Shown: one piece after another, positions 44,080 through 55,416 of the stretch | Numbering within the stretch: position 1 is the stretch's first letter | Layout: the number at the start of each line of letters is the position of its first letter | Assembly: GCA_013265495.1 (NCBI GenBank) | Contig: MU057944.1 | Location: 186,001 to 250,000 of the forward strand | Direction of reading: 5' to 3' | DNA: 64,000 nucleotides | Source: Vicugna vicugna | Lineage: Eukaryota | The notes under the pieces: generated by a model | What the model saw: only the letters and a program-made list of their open reading frames with translations | Told to the model about the DNA's origin: nothing | Database searches by the model: none | Translations under genes and position numbers: made by a program

Positions 44080-45254
44080 TCGGCACAGAGCGTGGCCGGA
44101 TGAACGGAGCCGCCGCTCTGGTTTGGTCAGCCGCGCCGACTTCTCTCCACCCCGAGCTCCACATCTCCTGCAACAGCTGGAGGGCTCCCAGGCTCCAGGA
44201 TCAACCTCCTGTGAGACGCAGTATTTTCCCACGATGTTAATCACCAGGTCCCTGAGGATCACTGTCTGTCCCACTGGAGGCCGATGTAGGGAGGGAAGTG
44301 GTCTCTTCCTGCGGTTTCCTGCTTGGTCCAATCCAACAAAGCTGAAATCCTAGCCAACTGCCACGGTGGGGGCTGTTCCCCCTCCCGGCTGAGACCTCTG
44401 GAGCTTGCGGATGACACATCTGGGGTAGGAGTCCTTGGCGGAGGTATGGGAGGGGAGGGGTCCAGAAATGGGTTTCAAGACACTCCCTGCCCAGCCAAGG
44501 TGCCCCTGGCATGTTTGAGAGGACCCTGGATGTGGAAAGGGGGTGGGAATGGGTTCGGTCGAGTTTGCAGAGAGAAATCTGTGTGCCTGGCCTGCTGACA
44601 CCATTGCCTGGTCAGTTTGTGCAGGAGCTGGCAGGTCTGCGGCCACAGAGGTCAGGGCACCCGGTTGCACCACGCTGCGAGCTTCTTGTGTCCTGGAGAG
44701 GACGGCACAGGGTCAGGAGCACCTGCCTTAAAGCCTCACTTGTTGGGTTGCTCCCTGGATGACCTTGGATGAGTCACTTAACTTCCTGGAACCTGTTTCC
44801 CCATTCAAGAAAAAATCACCATCACCATCGGCTTCATCGTCTTCTTCATCTAACTCATAGGGAGCATGCACCACGTGCCAGACACGTCCTGAGCTCTCCA
44901 GATGGTTATTAACTCCTTGAATCCTCGCCATGCAGGCTGTCAGATAGGTGTTCTGGGTGTCCCCAGGTAAGGTGCGGCGGGCACCAAGGAGTAAAGGAAG
45001 GTACCCAAGGCCTCACCAGGGAAGGGGCAGAGCTGGGGTGTGGACTCGGGCCACCTGCAGCCTCCTCCCTCCGGGGCACCTGGGGTTGTGTGAGCGCCCT
45101 CCAGGGCTTTGCTGGATGATGCCTGCAGGATGGGGAGCCCTGAGCCTGGATCTCAGTGCGCTCTCAGTTCCTGCTGGCTGCTTCCGTTTCTGTTGTCCAG
45201 ATGAGCGGAGGTGCTTGGTGACTTGGTGTGGGGACCTGGGTCAACGTCCATTCT

Positions 45255-45415
45255 GACTTTGGAGGGTCACGAGTATATTCAGTGTTTTGATCTCGTGGTG
45301 GTGGTGGTGGTGTCACGGGTCTCTACATGCGTTGAGACCCATCTAATGATGTGCTTTAAATGCCATGTACTGTGTCAGGTATACCCTAATAAAGTGGTTT
45401 TTTTAAAAAAAACAC
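45255..45415 (+). mobile_element. L1M 3' terminus
   Basis: gttttgatctcgtggtggt..gtgctttaaatg..ccctaataaagtggtttttttaaaaaaa. Confidence 0.7.
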
Positions 45416-45635
45416 AGCAGGAGTTAATCAACAAAACAGAAAATCCATTCTGTCCAATAGGATGGTACCCCAAGTGAGGACCACCCAAAGGATGGTACCC
45501 TTTTTGGGTAGTTATCAGGCCTTCACCCTCAAGGTCTAGCATAGAGAGGGGCTGAGGACATGAGGCGGTGTTTCCTGCGTGCCACAGCGTTGGCCTCTCC
45601 TGATCACTCAGCTCAGGATCAGTGCTCATGGATGG

Positions 45636-45678
45636 GTGTGCACGCACACACACACGCACACACACACACACACACGCT
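45636..45678. repeat. Imperfect (CA)n microsatellite
   Basis: gtgtgcacgcacacacacacgcacacacacacacacacgc. Confidence 0.92.
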
Positions 45679-46044
45679 CTCCTCAGTGGTTGGATCATGT
45701 TCCCACAGGTGTGTTTTACGTGAAACACACCTGTCTGCTGCAGTGGCTCCATTACATGGAAGCAGGTGTTCACCCCCTGCACCCAGATGTCACCCTCGGT
45801 GTCCCTTCGCCTGGTCTGCTCTAGGAGCTGCCCCTTCATGTCCCTGGCTTACACCTTGCCTGGTGGCATCGGCTTCTGGGCAGTGAGCCTAGGCCCCTGG
45901 CCCTGAGGGGGGAAGGGGGAAGCCCACCTTCATGCCTGCCTTCTCCCCTTTAAAGGACATTTCCTCGGAGGCTCTTGTGTTCTGGGCACTGTGGGAGGCG
46001 TGGGAGGACCTGGGTCAGGGACACAGCTCGGCGAGTGGACAGGC

Positions 46045-46155
46045 CTGGACTCAGACGAGCTGTGTGATCCTGGCTAATCCTTCAGCCAAGCTCAGCCTCA
46101 GGTTCCTCACCTGCACAACCCCGGTGACTTCACAAGGTTGTAAACATCATATGAG
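46045..46155 (+). mobile_element. MIR fragment
   Basis: agctgtgtgatcctgg..agcctcaggttcctcacctgc..aggttgtaa. Confidence 0.6.
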
Positions 46156-46161
46156 AAGTTT

Positions 46162-46245
46162 CCGTATTTCGTCAGTTCTGACATGCACGCTCTTTTAAGT
46201 TTTAGCAGGTCTGAAATCGGGGTGCATGCCCCCAAGTAATGTCAG
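46162..46245 (+). mobile_element. MER104 (TcMar-Tc2) 5' fragment
   Basis: ccgtatttcgtcagttctgacatgcac..tctgaaatcggggtgcat matches the recalled MER104 start. Confidence 0.65.
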
Positions 46246-46459
46246 AGTATGAGTGGCAGTGTGTTTCCTTCCTCGGTGGCCCCTGAAGTATTGGTGCATC
46301 TTGCACCTGCTGGCTTCCTAGGGCTGAGGACAAACCCACAGGAAGGGCCTGGGCAGCGTGCAGATCTTGACATGTCGTGGAAAGAATGCGGACGCACCCC
46401 AGAGCCACAGACGCGGCCCCCTCGCAGCCCTGCCACTTTTCTGGCTGTTACGGTCTCAG

Positions 46460-46575
46460 ACAAGTGACTGGCCCTTTCAGAACTGCAGTTTCCTCACCTG
46501 TAAAATGGGGACGATAAAGCTTAATTCAGGTTGTTATGAGAATTGGATAGTCTAATATGTGTGAATTCCCTTGAA
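46460..46575 (+). mobile_element. MIR fragment
   Basis: cagtttcctcacctgtaaaatgggg..ggttgttatgagaatt. Confidence 0.8.
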
Positions 46576-46689
46576 GGGGGCCAGGCGTGAAGAGGGCGTC
46601 TGGTAATTTTGTTCGCCGTCTTCAAGAAGATGAGATTGTGTCTCTTCGACATCGAGGTCAGAGATGCTTCCAGAGTTGGCCTTCCTGGC

Positions 46690-46860
46690 ATCCAGGTCAC
46701 TTAGATCTTGTGCCTCAGTTTCCTCATCTGTAAAACGGGGGTCAGAGTGGTACCTCCCAGCCAGTGTGGCCGTGAGGATTAACTGAAACAGCACAGAGTG
46801 CCTGGCACTTGAAACTCACTCACTGCGGGCATGAACCAGGTGCTTGTGGATCTAGTTTTC
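46690..46860 (+). mobile_element. MIR
   Basis: gtgcctcagtttcctcatctgtaaaacgggg..gtgaggattaa..cagagtgcctggcac. Confidence 0.88.
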
Positions 46861-47931
46861 TTCGCTGCTGTTGTTAGCGGTGATGTTCTTCTGAGCTGGG
46901 GATACGGAGGTGGATACGTCCAGATCACTCCCTTGAGATCCTGCAGCCTCACGTACGTTGAGGCGGAGAACACCCAAGTCAGACCTAGTGCGGGGGATAC
47001 GAGGCACCACGGCAGACCCTCGTCCCGGAGCGAGGCGGGTTCCCAGGCACGAAGATATTTTATAGGTGTACTTTAATTATTTAAAAGCATCATTGGTTTT
47101 ATTTGGGGAGAAAACCATTTTCTTAATCTGTCCTACGGATTCTGCCTTATGGGTTGCTGGGCAGGTAGGGGCCCCTGGGGCTGCAGTCTGCCTGACTGCA
47201 GACAGTGGCTGGGGTTCGCAGTACTGTCACTGGGGCAGGCGCCATCTGTCGGTGCTGTGGCCCCTCCTTCTGCCCTGACTCTGTCCCCCTTTCCCTAGGT
47301 CCCCGGTTAGCCAGAGTCATGCCCACCCCTTCCCTTTTCCTTCTGAGTTTAATTTTACCCTAAGGAGGATCGGCATTTGCACCACGGCAGCCAGGAAACC
47401 AGTGCCCCGCTTTCTTGTCCCTTCTGCAGCGGGACAGACATCTCCGTGGATGCCGGTGGCACTTGCATTTTTTATCTACCCTGTGCTTTGCCATGTGGCT
47501 GGGCTCTGATGGGTACCCAGGCAGGCAGGTCTTGGGGTGGCTAGAGGGTTGGAGGTCTGAATCTTGAACCCCAGGCCCATGAGCTGTGCTCAGAGACAGG
47601 TGCCAGTGCCCTGAGACTTGGGCCACAGCAGGGCTGAGGGAAGGAAGGAGCCCTCGCCCCCCGTGGAGGTGTGCAGGTGACCTGGCAGGTGCCGCGCACG
47701 TAGTAGCTGCTGACTCAGTATGATTGGACTGGACTGGAAGTGCGCAGCAAAAATCTGGGCTGGGCAGGTCCCAACAGCGGGCAGGTCAGGCTGTGGGCAC
47801 GTGACCCCCTGGCAGACGAGCAGGGTCTTGTCCTTTCTTTTCCCCTGTTGTATCTCATCCTGTCCCCAGGGCTGACTGCCCAGGTGTCTTTGCAGAATCT
47901 AGGGGGTTGGCCCACCAGTGAAAGCAGTGAC

Positions 47932-48170
47932 TGTCATTCACTCATTCATGTCACGGGGGTTAACTGAACACCTGCTGTGTCCCAGGCACTGTTCTATGCA
48001 TTGAGGATACAGCAGTTAACAAGAGAGACAAAAATCCCTGCCGCCGCAGAGATGACTTTCTGACATTCTCCTGGGGCTGCGGAGTAGGCAATAAACAAAA
48101 CAAATAAGAAGAATATACAGTGCAGTGACTGGGACTCAGTGTTAAGGAGAAAAAGGAGGAAAGAAGGGTA
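47932..48170 (-). mobile_element. L2a 3' end
   Basis: cattcactcattca..gaacacctgctgtgtcccaggcactgttct..ggatacagcagttaacaagagagacaaaaatccctgc. Confidence 0.88.
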
Positions 48171-48229
48171 GAAGTGTACCAGGGATTGCAGTTCTAGAAA
48201 CTTCCAGGGAAGGAATGCTGACACTTACA

Positions 48230-48600
48230 ACAACAGTAGCTACATTTGTTCAGAGCCTTCTAAAAGCCAAACCCCTTCAAGGAACCCCCAGACTCTCCTG
48301 TAGCCTTTGCTTTGGTAACAACCCTGAGAGTTACCTGGGGAGGCTGGGAATAATTAGCTCCATTTACTGTGGAGAAAACTCTCACTAGTGAGCGGTCGAG
48401 TCAGGATTTGAACCCAGAGCTGGCACTCCAAATCCAGCAGGGTTTTGTTGTTTTTTTTTTTTTAAGAGCTAGGAGTTTAATGTTCCAGCAACACTATGAG
48501 GCCTCGACATTATGGTCCCAATTTACAGATGAAAACCTCAGGGCACAGAGCAGTCTGCCCGGACGTGAGGAAGGTACGCTTTGAGCCTGGGGCTCTCTCT
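48230..48600 (-). mobile_element. Two tandem MIR fragments
   Basis: caacagtagctacattt..ggatttgaacccag (to about 48440) and caatttacagatgaaaacctcagggcacagag (48480-48600). Confidence 0.7.
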
Positions 48601-49449
48601 GAGGCATCGCTTCTGCCCAGGCTGCTCACGTCTGGACTCAGAGGAGGAGGGGGTCTTGGTGGGGGCGCTGGGGGAGAGCTGTGGTGAGGCTCAGGGATAA
48701 GGCGCTGGGTGGGTGGACGGTGGCCTCTCCCCTTCCCCTCTTCCCCCAGGCTTCTGCTCTCGGGTGGGCAGGTACCTCACCCGCCTGCCTGCCTTCACAA
48801 CAGATGTTTAAGTATCCCCACAAAGTGGATAATTCCAAAGCAGAGGAGATTGGGAACTGAGCTCACTCGTTCCCTGCACGTTACGGCTTGCTAGCAAATC
48901 TGATTGCTGCGCCATTAAACTCCTCGGCTTCGATTTGCATAAGAAGTTTTTTCCCTGATGGAGTTATCAGTTCATAGCATCTCTGTGTGCAGAAGGCTCA
49001 GGTCTCCCTGGGCCACACAGGATGGAGACAGTGCCCTACCTCCGTGCAGAGCTAGCCCCTGCGAGCAGGGCCGGCGGGCTGGGGAGTCCCTCCTGCCGGG
49101 TTCTGGAGCAGAGGAATCACCTCCTGCCCTCTTCCCTTTTTAATAAAATAACTGTTTTGCCCATGAGGCTTAATAGGGATCTGGAAGCTTTGTTTGTCTT
49201 AAGCTGTGGCCTATGGAAGCGGATCGCCGCTTTCCCGGGAGGCTCAGCCCTAAGCTCATTACTGTAAGCCCAGCACGTGGGCCAGACCTCACCCACCCAG
49301 ACTTCACGTCTCAGAGTCTGCGGCTTGGCTGGGATTCTGGACCCCAGGTCGCCGGCGTTACGAAGGAAAGGGCTTTCCCAAGCTGGCAAGTGGCCTGAGG
49401 CTCCCGGGACTACAGTAGGTCCCCGGAAAATGCAGGCCTCAGACAAGCC

Positions 49450-49590
49450 TGAGAGTAGGAGACCTTGGCTCTCCCAGCTGTGCCACCAAAGGCAAGCCGT
49501 TTAACCCTTCGGAGCCTTACTTGGCCCATCCACAAGATGGGGACCCTGGTCCTCACTGAGCTGTGTGCAGATGAGTGAGATCTCTACGAT
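49450..49590 (+). mobile_element. MIR fragment
   Basis: ggcaagccgtttaacccttcggagcc..caagatgggg. Confidence 0.6.
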
Positions 49591-49594
49591 GAGT

Positions 49595-49790
49595 AATACT
49601 GCCCCACCATGTTTGTAGAGCACCTTGCTGTTTGCAGAACACCTCACAGAGGTCATTTCATGTGAGCCTTAAAATCACCCCGTGGAGAAGGCAGAGTCCA
49701 AGATCAGAGGTTATGTGACCTGCGCAGGGTGCCACAGGCCCTCTAGCCTGGGTATCTGGCCCTGAGTCTAAGGCTCTTTCTGCCTTGCCC
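49595..49790 (-). mobile_element. MIR fragment
   Basis: gagcaccttgctgtttgc..catttcatgtgagcc..agaggttatgtgacctgcgcaggg. Confidence 0.6.
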
Positions 49791-50694
49791 CACTTGCCTT
49801 CCCCGTGGGCCCAGGAGCCCTGGGCGGGGACGGCAGATTTGCGGTGGTGGCTGGGGACACTGAGAGGCAGTGCCAGGGCTGCCCCCCGGGGCCTCTGTCT
49901 CAGCCTCATCACTTAGTGTTGTTTGTTTGAGCTGTTACCAGCTCAGTTCCTGTTATTCCCCCCAGACAATCGGCCAGGAAATTCTTCACTTTTGTTTCCT
50001 TAAGAGGTCAGATGCTTCTCTCTTTGCAGAAGTAAATAAATCCTGCATGCTCACTGAGTTGACAGTTTTTCTGGGCAGCCAGCAGCCCCCTGCCCAGCAG
50101 CCTTAGCCAGTCCCACCCGGGGGCCTGGGGGCACCAAGGAAACGCAGGCAGCCTGCTCCCCATCCTCTGATTGCACAGGTGGCATCCTGGGCACATCTAC
50201 AAAGGCGGGGACGATTTTAAACCAGACCCAGGGCTGGAGCCCGGGACGATGTCGGGGAGAGACTGAGCCTGTTGACCGTAGCGCCAGTGGCTTCTCCCTC
50301 CCACACCCAGAATCCTGATGGAAATGAGCGTGGGTAGCGTCGAGACATCATGCTCCCCGAGAACTCGGCTCAGCTCTGCAGGGCATACTGTGCACCAGGA
50401 AGGGAGCAGAGCCTGCCTGGGAGCAGGAAGAATGGCCACAGCTCCAGGGCGCTCCTTGCATGGGCTGGGACGCCTTGTGCTTTACACACACCCCAGTGAG
50501 CCAAGTCCGGCTGTCACGCCTGCGACAGCTCAGAAGAGGTATGTTGGGAGAGGCTGCTTTGAGCGCTCCTACAGGTGGGACAGCCATCAGCCACACAGCA
50601 AAGGAAAGACTTTAGAAGGAGCCAACTTTATAAAGCACTAAATTCTGAGGCACTCGGCAGAGACAAAAACTGTCCTCTGCTAGCCTTGGGGGCA

Positions 50695-51620
50695 TTTTTT
50701 TAACGGAAAATTTCAGTTATATATAGAAGTCAATAGAATAGTGTGACGAATCCCGTGGGCCCCGACCTGACCCCAGTGTCCATCGCCCCATGGCTGATTC
50801 TGTCCCACCCTCATCTCCTCCCTCCTCCCTGTATCACTGTGACGATGCCATCTATAAATACTCTAGTATGTCACCGTAAAAGAGAAAGGCTCTTTTAAAA
50901 AAATAACCTCTATACTATTATCACACCTAAAATAAACACTGGATGTCCAGTCATGAGTCACATTTCCAACTGAGTCATAAACTCATGTTTTAAGCCTTGT
51001 TGGTTGGAATCAGGGTCCATGTTAAGAGGGACACTGTGATTAGTTGAGTTTTTTTTCATTTAAATCTTCCTCTTGATACATATATATTTTTTATTCTTGC
51101 TAATTATTTGTTGAAGAGGCTGTGGTGTTTGTCTGGTAAGTCTCCCAGGGTCTGGAGTTTGCAAACTACACGCCCTTGGTGTCGTTCAGCGTGCTTCTCT
51201 GGCCGTTGAATTTCCTGTAAACTGGTAGTTCATCTAGAGGCTTGATCATTTTCCTCACTTTTTTTTGCAAGTTGCCTTCAAAGGAGACACGTGCTGCCTA
51301 GTTGACCCTCTTGTGATGTCAGCAGCCCTGCCCGTATCCAGACGTGAAGCAGAAGAGGTGGAATGGTGATTTTCTGTCAACCCTTCTTCACGTAGTAGCT
51401 GGACTCCTTTTTAAAGAGACTCCCTGCCATCCGCTACTTGGTCACCCACTGGTGCAGCTGGTGTGGGAAAGGCAGGGTGAAAGCTTGACTCTTTTCCCTT
51501 TATTTACCAGTTTTCAGAACAATGACTTAGAGCCTTGGGTTTCATCACCATGTTTTACAAGCTTAGATCATCAGGAAATGGTTCAAGCAATATGTCTATT
51601 AAGAGTTTGACCGTTTGACT
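50695..51620 (-). mobile_element. L1MC4/5-like 3' UTR fragment
   Basis: ggaaaatttcag..atagaatagtgtgacgaatccc..ctattatcacacctaa..atttgttgaaga..aaactggtagtt..ggaaaggcaggg..tttaccagttttcaga. Confidence 0.75.
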
Positions 51621-51739
51621 GTTTAGACAACTATGTAGAGCCTGGTGTGTTCACCGAGGTAGCCAAGGGCATCACACAAATGCCATGGACGTCAGCGTGT
51701 TAGTGAACAGGGCACGCCTCCTGGCCCAGAGGTGGACAG

Positions 51740-51830
51740 GACGTTCATTCCCACTTTGCTGATGAGAAGACTGAGCCCTGGAGATGGGGACGCGGCCTGT
51801 TTAGGTGGCCAGTTGGTGTCAGAGCCCAGG
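51740..51830 (-). mobile_element. MIR fragment
   Basis: ttcccactttgctgatgagaagactgagcc. Confidence 0.55.
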
Positions 51831-52179
51831 CGCTGTGCACAGAGCAGACACAGAGGCAGAGGGGTCATATGCTCACGTTCTCTGTAGAATCCAGGCCTCC
51901 TGACGGGGGCTGAATAAACCCTTCTCCCTCCTTGCTTACAAAAGGCCCTGAGATTGGCAAGAGCCCAGCTCTGCGGACACAGAGTGCCAGCCTCCAGGAC
52001 GTGCCGCCTCGGGAGGTGGCTGGTTGCACTGTTGCCAGGCCGCCTGAAATTCAGGAGAGACCCCAGGGGCCTTAACAGGGATCTGTCCGGATCATGGTCT
52101 CTCTCTGATTGCCCCTTCCTCTCCCATACTCATATCCCCGCCGCCTTTGTTACCTCCTCACTGCTGTGGGTCATTATCC

Positions 52180-52270
52180 AAGAGTTTTAGGTAGCTCTGT
52201 TTCTGTGCTAGTGTGGTGCCAGGCTTCAGGTGGTTCATAAAGTTTGTCTGAATGAATGAATGAACAAACA
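52180..52270 (+). mobile_element. L2 3' end with (TGAA)n tail
   Basis: tagtgtggtgccaggc..ataaagtttgtctgaatgaatgaatgaac. Confidence 0.8.
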
Positions 52271-52611
52271 GGCAAAAAAAAAAAATGGACATGACCCTCA
52301 CCATTTGTATTTAGACCTTTCTTTCTGACGTGGCCATAAACCCTTCAAAGGCAGGGATCCTTCCATCTTCTGCACGGCCAGCACTGGGCACACAGGGGCA
52401 AGGATGCGAGAAGGTCCCGCACCTTTAGGTCCAGAACGGGGAGGGGCAGTGGGAAGGCGGGTGATGGACACAGTCGGTCCAGTGCCTGCACCTCCTTTCC
52501 TCGGTGTGAGCACCTTAGCTCTTCCCAGCAATCCCAGGGCTGCAGGAACCTTGGAGAGCCTTTCTGTCCATCCCCCAGCCTCAGGTCAGATGCATTCTCA
52601 GCCACCACCAG

Positions 52612-52840
52612 TAATAATGGCAGCTAACACCCTCAGCACTGCTCTGGGTGCTTTGTGCGTGTTACCTCATTCAGTTTTCTGAGTAGCCTGTGAGGTCGGT
52701 ATTGCCACCATCCCCATTTTACAGGTGAGCAAACAGAGGCACACAGAATTAAGAGACTCACCCCAAGTCACCTAGCTGACAGGCAGAGGGAGGGGCTGGG
52801 ACATGAGTGTAGGTGTCCGGGTACAGGGCCCTGCTCTCGG
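52612..52840 (-). mobile_element. MIR
   Basis: taataatggcagctaacac..cctgtgaggtcgg..tccccattttacaggtgagcaaacagaggcac..ccaagtcac. Confidence 0.88.
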
Positions 52841-53544
52841 CGACTGCTCCAGCTGCCTGCTGGTAGAGAAAGAGGATCCCGTTTAAGAAGGCCTCCTGCA
52901 GCATTAGAAAATTTGTCCTAAACAAACTGAGTTAAGCCCAAGCCTCTTTTGTCGCCAGCAGAGATGAAGGGATGGAGGACAGTTGGCGCCTCGCCTCGGG
53001 GTTGACGGGACCGTCCATGCTTGGAGACGTAGGTTGTCACCTCTCCAGCTTTTTCCCCTACAGCTAGACAACCCATTTCTTCCAGGTCCCCAGTGCAGGG
53101 CACAGCGCAGGAATTAGGACATAAGAAACCACACACAGGAGTAGACCCTCTTTAAATCCTAAGAGCCTTCCTGCAGCGGTCCCTTCTGGGCCAAACAGAA
53201 AGAAAAAATGGGAACAGGCAAGTTTACTCGGCCCCAGCCCACGGCACCAGCATGGTCTCTGAGCAAACTGTGCCCAGAGCGCTCAGCCAACTTTTTAACT
53301 GGGAAGAACTTCTTCCCAACTCCCAGACTAGCAAAGCTCAGGCAATGGTGTATTGGGTGCGATTCCCCAGACACACCCGGCCCCCGCCCACATCCACAGC
53401 TTTGCAAACACCATCCCTTCTCCTGCAATGACCCTCACCTCGTTTGCTAGGCCTGGCGGCTCAGAGCCTCCCTCCTATAACTCCTCTGCCTTCCTGTCCC
53501 TTCTGCACCCTGTGCTCACTCACCTCCACTGTGGCCCCTTTTAA

Positions 53545-53920
53545 ATGCTTCCACAAACATTTATTAAGCACCTTCTATGTGCTAGACCCTCGTGTTAATG
53601 CTGTGGGCATAGCAGGAAAAAAGAAGCAAAATTCCCGCCCAGTCTAGTCAGAGGGGGATCTAGACAGTAAACAAGTAAATGCAAAACATGTATAATGTCA
53701 GATGAGAAAAGAGCTTTAGAAAAAAGTATGTGAGGGAAAGGGTGCTAAGAGGTCTGGTAACAATGCAGCTTTAGAGATGAGGCGACAGTAAAGGCTTCTC
53801 CAGAAAGATGACAGTTAGTCAAGACCTGAAGGAGGCAAGAGAATGAGCCACCACGTGTTTGGGATTGGGGTGGGGTGTTCAGACAGAGCCAATGGTAAGT
53901 GCAAAGGCCCTGTGGCACAT
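53545..53920 (-). mobile_element. L2a fragment
   Basis: caaacatttattaagcaccttctatgtgctag..cagtaaacaagtaaat..aaggcttctccag..agacctgaagga..gtgcaaaggccctgtggc. Confidence 0.85.
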
Positions 53921-54274
53921 GATGGAACCATTTTGCTGCTCAGAAATTCTTTTCTTGCCCATCAGCCTCTTTCCTCTGCTTCTGTGTCTCACACACCCAA
54001 CACAATAGTCTATCTTGGGGAGCACGGGAAGGATGCTCAAGGAAGCCAATTTCCGAGAGCCTCAGGAAACTGGAGCTCACTCCTGGGGAGGCTTCTGGGG
54101 GAAACCACCAGCCGGGACTCACGGGCTGAGCAGGAACTAAGCATCCAGGAAAAGTGTTGCAGTCATGCCCTTGGTCCTTCTGGGTAAGTCCCGAATCCTT
54201 CAGGCCACCTCCACCCAGATGGCCCCAGAGTCAGCCACATCCAGGGGATTCTGCAGGAAGAGAATATGTCTGAA

Positions 54275-54465
54275 GGGTCAGAGTCTGTGATTTGAATGCA
54301 GCTCAGTCTCTGATTCATTTGTGAGCAAATGACTCTAACTTTGCTCGGTTTTCCTATCTGTGAAGTGGGACTGCACGTCTCGCCCAGGTGCTTCCCGGAA
54401 GGATAAGGGTTACGTCTGTCATGCACAAGACCCCACAGCAGAGATCAGTTATGGTTATTGTGGCT
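54275..54465 (+). mobile_element. MIR
   Basis: atttgaatgcagctc..gagcaaatgactctaac..ggttttcctatctgtgaagtggg. Confidence 0.6.
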
Positions 54466-54935
54466 GCTGTATTGTTTTCTTTTTTAAATAATTCTGTCAC
54501 CTGTCTCAAAGTCAAACCATATCTGGGCCAAGTCTCTGATTAACCCGTTGAACTTAGCTGGTACCTTTCTACAGCAGGGAGCACCCGGGGGGAGGGCCCA
54601 GAAATTCAGGTCTGTGCTTCTTGAGCTCAGGGCTCTTGCTGGCTTGCAGGGAACTCTGGGCATTTGTCACTGTCAGGAACGCCGTTCTCCCGGGAAGAGT
54701 CTGGGCACGTGCCCTCGCTTAGAGGGAGGTGAGGGCTGTTGTCTGAAAGCTGCTACTGATCCTGAAGGGACAGTTGGGCAGTTGGTGGGGCCAAAACCAG
54801 CCCCCTGCCAAATTCCTGTCCCTTACCCTTCCTGACTCTGGCTAAATTGTTTTCTTGGGTCATGAGACCTAAGCCTTTGAAAGCTGGTGTTTTTCTATGG
54901 AGGAAGCTTGTTTGTATGATATAACTGCTATCAAT

Positions 54936-55072
54936 CAGTTTTCTCATCTGTAAAATGGGAATATAACAGTAGGAATAATAGTCCCTTCCTCAGGGGGTTG
55001 CTATAATGATTAATAACATACAAAGTACTTAGAATACCACACACAATCAACATTAAATAAATATTACCATTT
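54936..55072 (+). mobile_element. MIR 3' half
   Basis: tcagttttctcatctgtaaaatgggaat..aagtacttagaa..taaatatt. Confidence 0.85.
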
Positions 55073-55329
55073 TTTAGAGTTGATGTAAGTTAGACAAACT
55101 GCGATGGCTGGGGAAGGGATGGCATCTCCTTGCTGTAATCCTATATTCTGTGCTTTAGCTCTGAAAGTCAGATTTCTCATGATAGATTCACATCAGTCAA
55201 ACTCACAAGAGACTGATGGATAGTCCACAATGCCAGTCACTCATTTATCGAGGAGAAATGTGGCTTCCCAATGCTTTGTGTGCCTAGAGCTCGCTCTTGC
55301 TTGGAGTGTGGGGTCTGAGCAGGCCCCCT

Positions 55330-55416
55330 GCAAGCTGTCGGGATGGAGCTGTGTGACTTGGGTCTTCTGCCCAGCACACAGTCAGCCCACAGTAAGTGTT
55401 TGCTGAATTAATAAAT
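55330..55416 (+). mobile_element. L2 3' end fragment
   Basis: ccagcacacagtcagcccacagtaagtgtttgctgaattaat. Confidence 0.55.

Noticed and set aside
44728-44931. Acidic peptide DEEDDEADGDGD on the minus strand
   Set aside because: Comes from a (TCA/CAT)-type simple repeat between two MIR fragments.
44944-44972. Strong orphan donor CAG|GTAAGG at 44966
   Set aside because: Candidate upstream acceptors give 23 or 106 nt (frameshifting) and are weak; no support beyond chance.
54163-54189. 21-nt in-frame exon candidate with donor TGG|GTAAGT
   Set aside because: The acceptor has essentially no pyrimidine tract (aaagtgttgcag).
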